This document shows positions 53,378 to 58,325 of a stretch of 58,325 nucleotides of DNA, piece by piece. The position numbers were made by a program, and so were the translations under genes. This stretch comes from a virus (taxonomy: Duplodnaviria; Caudoviricetes). Within the stretch, counting starts at the first letter, position 1, and each line of letters starts with the position of its first letter. The stretch lies in IMG/VR virus record IMGVR_UViG_3300021289_000002, positions 1 through 58,325 of that record, one strand, 5' to 3'. The notes beneath the pieces are model-generated. The model ran no database searches. It saw only the letters and a list, made by a program, of their open reading frames with translations, and was not told the DNA's origin.

Positions 53378-54955
53378 CTACAAAATGGCAAGGGCGCCTT
53401 GCGAGTCGCGGACGCGCGCGGCTTCGAACGATTCAGGGTTAAGCTCCGAGACAATCGAGTGCCGCCCCAGGCCGGTGGCGGCCATCGCCGTCGTGGACGT
53501 GCCTCCGAACGGGTCCAGGATCGTGCAAGGTTTGACCGGATGATCGGCCAGGGCAAGCGGCGAAGAGTACAGCCAATCGTTTACCTCCCGCGGCTGCGTC
53601 GCGTTGCGGATGATACGGGCCTTGATGGCGCTGGCATCCTGCACATTGTTGCCGGCATAGTCCTTGGTCGGCTTGCCGAAATACTCGCCGTTGGAGTCCG
53701 CGCCCCAGGCGCTAACTTCCTCCTTGGTCAACCGCGGCGCGAGCATCACCTTGACGCGCGTAAGCTTCCCGTGGCATTCGCAACCGGGCTGCCAGCCGGC
53801 CGTAATGGTCACTCCGGGCTCATAAGGGAAGCCAAAACCTTGATGCGTCCGGCGTTCCTCGTTGCCGCCATGCTCATCACGAAATTTGCGCTCTTTGTTT
53901 CCCGAGCTTCGCCCGATGGCTGGCTGCCGCGCTGAAAGCATCCGTTCCCAGGGCTTGCCGCACGTCGCGCAGCAGCCGCGCTCTGACGTCCCGCCGATAA
54001 TGAACGGCTGAACCAGCTTTTCGGGATAGGTGGCGAAATGGTCGATGCTGGTTCCTTTGGGATTGACGATCAGCGCCAGCGGTTGGCCATTTTCGTCGAG
54101 CAGCAATCCTTGGAAGGACTCGAGCAGCCAATCGCTGTTGCGCCGGTTCCGTTGGCCAACGATGTATTGCGAGCAGCCGGCAGACCAGGAAGGGTTTTGT
54201 TTGTTGCCCTCTTCGGAACGTTGAGCCTTGGGATTCACGGCGCGGCTGCGCAAGGTTTCGTCGGTGACCTGATTGCCCCTAAACGAGCCGTCGCGGCCGC
54301 GCCGGGGATGGGTGTTATCGCTGGATTGCATCATTACCGCATGCCGGTCCCAAAAATAGGTTTCGCTCTTTGAGAACATGAAGACGTATTCGACGGCGCT
54401 CGCGGGCCGGTCAGTGACGCTCTCGGGCATCGCGCTCTTTTTGAGCCATGGAATCATCGAGCGCAGGTACCAGCCATCCGCCTGCAGCGCCAGGGCCACG
54501 CGCGCCGACATCATGATCAAGTCTTTGGGCTTGAGCCCCGGCAACGTCTTTAGCTTCGGCTGGCCTTCGGCGCCGTCACGTTTCGGATCGCAATCGCCAT
54601 TGCGCCTTACTCGCTGGCCCTGATAACCACCTTCCGCAGACGTGTAGTTTTTGCCACCAGAAGAGCCGCCCCATTTCGTATCATTCGAGTAGGCGTCTCC
54701 CATGTTCACAAACAAGGTCCCGTCGTCACGAAGCACGCGCCGAACCTCCCGAAACACCTCGAGCAAATGCTCGAGATAAAGCTCGAAATTGGGCTCGCAA
54801 CCAATCTCCAACGCTTTCAATGGATGGTCCTTCGGCAGGTACGATCGCAAGCCCCAGTAGGGCGGCGAGGTGATACAACACTGAACGGATTTCTCGGGTA
54901 GTACTTTCAACGTCTGGCGCGAATCGCCCAGGAGCTTTTGAGGGATGATAGTCAT
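53378..54955 (-). CDS. DNA N4-cytosine/N6-adenine methyltransferase (beta class) with insertions
   Basis: TSPPYWGLR, HFATYP and LDPFGG motifs; CxxC..CxC insert. Confidence 0.9.
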   Translation of the reverse strand: MTIIPQKLLGDSRQTLKVLPEKSVQCCITSPPYWGLRSYLPKDHPLKALEIGCEPNFELYLEHLLEVFREVRRVLRDDGTLFVNMGDAYSNDTKWGGSSGGKNYTSAEGGYQGQRVRRNGDCDPKRDGAEGQPKLKTLPGLKPKDLIMMSARVALALQADGWYLRSMIPWLKKSAMPESVTDRPASAVEYVFMFSKSETYFWDRHAVMMQSSDNTHPRRGRDGSFRGNQVTDETLRSRAVNPKAQRSEEGNKQNPSWSAGCSQYIVGQRNRRNSDWLLESFQGLLLDENGQPLALIVNPKGTSIDHFATYPEKLVQPFIIGGTSERGCCATCGKPWERMLSARQPAIGRSSGNKERKFRDEHGGNEERRTHQGFGFPYEPGVTITAGWQPGCECHGKLTRVKVMLAPRLTKEEVSAWGADSNGEYFGKPTKDYAGNNVQDASAIKARIIRNATQPREVNDWLYSSPLALADHPVKPCTILDPFGGTSTTAMAATGLGRHSIVSELNPESFEAARVRDSQGALAIL

Positions 54956-54957
54956 AG

Positions 54958-56370
54958 CTAATCGGCGTAGGGCTGTTTGTAGGGCTGGCTCGGCGGCAAA
55001 TCTTCTTGGGCAATTTTGGCCGCGCTTTCGAAGCGGGTATAGCCCTTCAAAAAAGTAAGCTTCACATCGTCGGTGGGTCCGTTGCGCTGTTTGGCCACAA
55101 TCAAATTCACCGCCTCGGCCTCGTTGTGCTCGCCATCCTCTTCGTTGCGCGGTTTGTAGAGCAACCCGACAAGATCCGCGTCGGCCTCGATGGCGCCAGA
55201 CTCGCGCAAGTCGGATAGGCGCGGGCGGCGATTCTTCTCTTTCTCCAGATCTCGATTGAGCTGGCTCAACACCATTACGGGCACATGCAATTCTTTGGCC
55301 AGCCCCTTGATGCCCGAGCTCACGTCGGCAACCTCTTGCTGCCGGCTTTCCTGACGCCGGCGGTCATTCGCGGCATGGAGCAATTGCAGGTAATCGATGA
55401 TAAAGAGCCTGATCCCGTGTTGCTGATGCATGCGCCGAGCCTTCGCGCGCAACTGCATAATCGTCAACCCGCTACTGTCGTCGATATGGATCGGGGACTT
55501 CGCCACCGCGCCGGCGGCAGCGGTGAGCTTGGGAAAGTCGCGCTCCGCCAAAAACCCCTCGCGCACAGTGCGCAGGTTAACGCGAGCCCGCGAGCAAATC
55601 ATCCGCATGATCAAGCTCTCGGCGGTCATTTCCAGGCTGAACACTCCGACCGGAATCTTGTTGGTAACGGCAACGTGCTCCGCAATGTTCATCGCCAAAC
55701 TGGTTTTGCCCTGCGAGGGCCGGGCGGCGATCACAATCATTTCGCCGTTTTGCAATCCGAGCGTGAGGTTATCGAAGTCGAAAAATCCCGTGGCGAGCCC
55801 GGTTAATGCGCCCCGATTTTGGTGCATGTCCTCAATGTCGCAAATCGCCTTCCTAACCAGCGTCATGGGGTCCTTGGTCCCGCCAACCATCCGAGCATCA
55901 CGACGGACGTTCAAAATCTCCTTCTCGATCCCATCGATGATTTGCTCAATGTCCGAGCCCTGATAGTCGTAAATTGATGCTACCGCCTCCGTGCAAGCGC
56001 GGGTCATCGAGCGCATCAAATGCTTTTGCCTAACCGTGTCCAGGTAGGCGGGCAACGCCAACGAGGAGTGAACCGTATCGGGCAAATTCGCCAGGAACGA
56101 GATCCCGCCAACCTCATCGAGCGTGCCTCGGTCTCGGAGATGGCTCTGTAACGTGATGACGTCCACGACCTTGCGCCCCTCGAACAAATGAATTGCGGCC
56201 GAGTAAATCGTTTGGTGCCGAAGATCATAAAAGGTTTCCGGTCCAGCCCGCAAATGCTCCATGCACTGAGGCAAACAACCGTTGGGGTCCAGAAGGATGC
56301 AACCCAAGATCGCTTGCTCCGCCTGGGGATCGTGAGGCGGCAGCCGCTCGTATCCGTTTACGCGGCTCAT
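54958..56370 (-). CDS. dnaB: Replicative DNA helicase
   Basis: LPPHD..AEQ..LG, AARPSQGKT, IIDYLQL, LSQLNR, SDLRESGAIE and KQRNGP motifs; ATG 56370 coupled to loader stop. Confidence 0.97.
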   Translation of the reverse strand: MSRVNGYERLPPHDPQAEQAILGCILLDPNGCLPQCMEHLRAGPETFYDLRHQTIYSAAIHLFEGRKVVDVITLQSHLRDRGTLDEVGGISFLANLPDTVHSSLALPAYLDTVRQKHLMRSMTRACTEAVASIYDYQGSDIEQIIDGIEKEILNVRRDARMVGGTKDPMTLVRKAICDIEDMHQNRGALTGLATGFFDFDNLTLGLQNGEMIVIAARPSQGKTSLAMNIAEHVAVTNKIPVGVFSLEMTAESLIMRMICSRARVNLRTVREGFLAERDFPKLTAAAGAVAKSPIHIDDSSGLTIMQLRAKARRMHQQHGIRLFIIDYLQLLHAANDRRRQESRQQEVADVSSGIKGLAKELHVPVMVLSQLNRDLEKEKNRRPRLSDLRESGAIEADADLVGLLYKPRNEEDGEHNEAEAVNLIVAKQRNGPTDDVKLTFLKGYTRFESAAKIAQEDLPPSQPYKQPYAD

Positions 56371-57008
56371 CGGAAGGAGGGCCAATTGCACTCGATGATT
56401 CCGCCGGCCTCATTCATTCGGCTGGCCAGCGAAGGACCAATTAAGGAGATGAACTCTGCTTTTGGCCGATTATCGATCAAAATGGTGTCGCTCATATCCT
56501 CGTAACGCTTGTTTAGCAGCTCAAAAAACAGGTTGTTATGCCAGTCGCTTTCTGCCCGCTTTCCAATTTCATCAACGACCAACAAGTTGAATTCCCGATA
56601 TTTTTTCACGATCCCCAATTCGGTTTCGCCTGAGCCTTCCACGAAAGTGCTTTTTATTTTGAGGAAAAACTCCATGGCGGTGCAAAAGTAAGCGGTTTTT
56701 GTTTTAACAGCGCCACGGATAAGCTCGACCGCTAGTTGTGTCTTACCGCAGCCTCGGGAACCGACCAAGGCTATCGTGACACCAGTTCCGAGCTTGGACT
56801 GAATCGAATTGAATTTGTCCCACCATGGGGAGACAGCGGCCGTAACGCACGTCTGTCTATGCCGCGCCGGAATGTTGGTTGCCCTAATCTGGCGCTCAGC
56901 TTCGCGAACGGCAAAGCGCTCTCTTTCAAGGCGAGCCTCTTCAGCCCAATCAGTTTTTTGGGCCGGCGTGGGCTCTGTGTAATTTTTAAGGACAGGCAGA
57001 ATGTTCAT
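56367..57008 (-). CDS. DnaC/IstB-like helicase loader ATPase
   Basis: GSRGCGKT, LLVVDEIG, LLNKRY and SRM motifs. Confidence 0.88.
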   Translation of the reverse strand: MNILPVLKNYTEPTPAQKTDWAEEARLERERFAVREAERQIRATNIPARHRQTCVTAAVSPWWDKFNSIQSKLGTGVTIALVGSRGCGKTQLAVELIRGAVKTKTAYFCTAMEFFLKIKSTFVEGSGETELGIVKKYREFNLLVVDEIGKRAESDWHNNLFFELLNKRYEDMSDTILIDNRPKAEFISLIGPSLASRMNEAGGIIECNWPSFR

Positions 57009-57784
57009 AGGCTTTTAACGTCGATTTTTTCTTGAATGGATTTGGCCTCGAATACGAACCCGATTTGGTTAGCCAATTCCGAGTTGATCTCGTTTAGCTT
57101 TTCAGCAAAGCCGGCCAGGCTCTTGCTTCGGTTGCAGCAATTCCAATGCGTTTTGGGATCGGTCTTACTCCAAGCGGTTGTGGCCAACTTGGCAAGATCC
57201 TCCGGAGTCAGGCCGGCGGAAAGAAGGGTTTTAATTGCCTTACCGTCTCGGGACCCGTTGAAAGAGTAAGCTGCTCCAAACCGTTCTTTGAAAGCTTTAC
57301 ACCATAACTCTGCCGCCCGCCGGTGATCCCCAGTTCCCTTCCCTTCTGTTCCATCCTTTCCATCCTTTCCATTCCCTTCCGCGCGCGCGCGCGAGGCGCA
57401 GTCTCCTGTCAGTCGGGTGTCAGTTGCCTGACAGTCTCCTGCAACCTGTTGATAATCAAGCCAATCCGTGTTCTCGACCAGATAGTCAATTGCTTTTTCA
57501 AACCATTCTTGCGGAGCACGGGTTTTGAGGGAGAGGGAGAGGGGGGTATGGGGGGTTTTGTTGTCTCGAATAAGCGTCCCCCGAGGGTCACATTTGGATG
57601 CGACTTGGAGCATTAGAATCCAGGCGCTAAATATTTTTGAGCCTTCCGGATGGGTGATTATTGACGTGAAATTCTCCCCGTCGTGGCGATTTGGAATGGC
57701 TACCCAGGAGAGGGAAGAAACCGTTCGAGATCGATTGTTCTCGAAGTGCTCGGACCAATCTTTGATGACGTAAAGAAGGCTCAT
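57005..57784 (-). CDS. Phage replication initiator protein
   Basis: First gene of initiator-loader-helicase triplet; IKDW.EHFEN N-terminus, low-complexity linker, helical C-domain. Confidence 0.7.
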   Translation of the reverse strand: MSLLYVIKDWSEHFENNRSRTVSSLSWVAIPNRHDGENFTSIITHPEGSKIFSAWILMLQVASKCDPRGTLIRDNKTPHTPLSLSLKTRAPQEWFEKAIDYLVENTDWLDYQQVAGDCQATDTRLTGDCASRARAEGNGKDGKDGTEGKGTGDHRRAAELWCKAFKERFGAAYSFNGSRDGKAIKTLLSAGLTPEDLAKLATTAWSKTDPKTHWNCCNRSKSLAGFAEKLNEINSELANQIGFVFEAKSIQEKIDVKSL

Positions 57785-57945
57785 TCCAAAATCCTAAATT
57801 CACCCCGCGCTCGGTGGCTGGCGGAAAACTCGGCACCGGGCGGCGCTTTGAATCCACTTTCCGAAACGCGGAGTGAAGTTAAGATTTTGAAATTCATTTT
57901 TACAGTTTCAGCGGCCAGCCAAGGTCGCACCAAAGATTCTCGGAA
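57785..57945 (-). promoter_or_regulatory. Structured leader of replication operon
   Basis: 25-bp stem 57867-91/57785-809 abutting the ATG; upstream boxes complementary to loop sequences. Confidence 0.65.
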
Positions 57946-57992
57946 CGGCGCTACTCCATCACGTTCGAGGAAATCATGCAAGAGAAAGTTAT

Positions 57993-58325
57993 TCACAGGT
58001 TATTCACACTCCTTTGCGCCTTCAAAATTGTTAGCACTTGGCGCCCCAGGTATTCGGAGTAGGCCGGCGGAATGGCCTGCGTCATCTCGAGGCGTGTCAT
58101 CCAAATCGATTTCCATTGCCCTGGACCAAAGATCCCGGCTGTCCCCGGCTTTGCGGCCTTTACCGTAGCACCCGACAACGCGGCTTGTTTTTGAGCGACC
58201 GTGAAGAGCAGGCAAGTCGCTCGCCCATTGCCCATGCGAACATTCATGCCCCAGCAACAAAACGTTCGATTCGAAAATGCGGTGTCGCTGGACGCGCAAA
58301 CCAAAATGGGAACCGCAAAGCATTA
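57993..58325 (-). pseudogene. DNA cytosine-C5 methyltransferase, C-terminal part, with 1-nt frameshift
   Basis: LCGSHFGLRVQRHRIFESN...AMEID in one frame continues as WMTRLEMTQAIPPAYSEYLG in another; one extra base in the AAA run at 58103-58105. Confidence 0.75.

Larger units (their letters stand above)
1..58325. mobile_element. Near-complete circularly permuted tailed phage genome, podovirus-like
   Basis: terL, portal, scaffold, MCP, tail and ejection genes, replication and recombination modules; no host housekeeping flanks; both ends fall in the same MTase gene. Confidence 0.93.

Noticed and set aside
57781-57996. 71-aa ORF upstream of rep
   Set aside because: Sequence is better explained by RNA structure; it could still be a coupled leader peptide, so it is not called as a CDS.
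1-58325. Apparent abundance of CTCGAG/TCGA sites as a methylation signature
   Set aside because: Not counted; plausibly explained by Leu-Glu (CTC GAG) codon pairs. It needs a codon-aware k-mer test.
1-58325. Alternative genetic code or stop-codon reassignment
   Set aside because: Core genes are full length under code 11, and TAA, TAG and TGA all serve as genuine stops.

Overview
The window is a near-complete (~58.4 kb), circularly permuted dsDNA tailed-phage genome with podovirus-like organisation: portal, scaffold and major capsid, adaptor and nozzle, and large internal ejection proteins, with no tape-measure or tail-tube gene. The two ends close inside one cytosine-C5 methyltransferase gene. 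The host is inferred to be Verrucomicrobiota, from a Verrucomicrobia-style secreted protein and a host-like DnaB recalled from memory, not searched. Modules in order: recombination (Rad50-like ATPase, ERF, YqaJ exonuclease, DHH); a minus-strand tail/ejection module with a 2144-aa LPD38-type protein; terL, two glycosyltransferase-like genes, portal, scaffold and MCP; a 5x Ig-repeat fibre; a lysis/envelope cluster with a stand-alone response-regulator receiver and no recognisable endolysin; an early region (RadC/JAB, DUF932) driven by a duplicated promoter; and a minus-strand replication/modification operon (Rep, DnaC-like loader, DnaB, three DNA MTases, MazG-like, J-domain, DUF5131, HNH, DUF1643). 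No integrase, DNA polymerase, tRNA or CRISPR array was seen. The most striking observation is a RusA Holliday-junction resolvase whose conserved elements are divided between two fully overlapping, both-open reading frames (50770-51249). Several structured RNA leaders also stand out, notably a 25-bp stem abutting the replication-initiator start codon. All family assignments come from motif recognition by eye.
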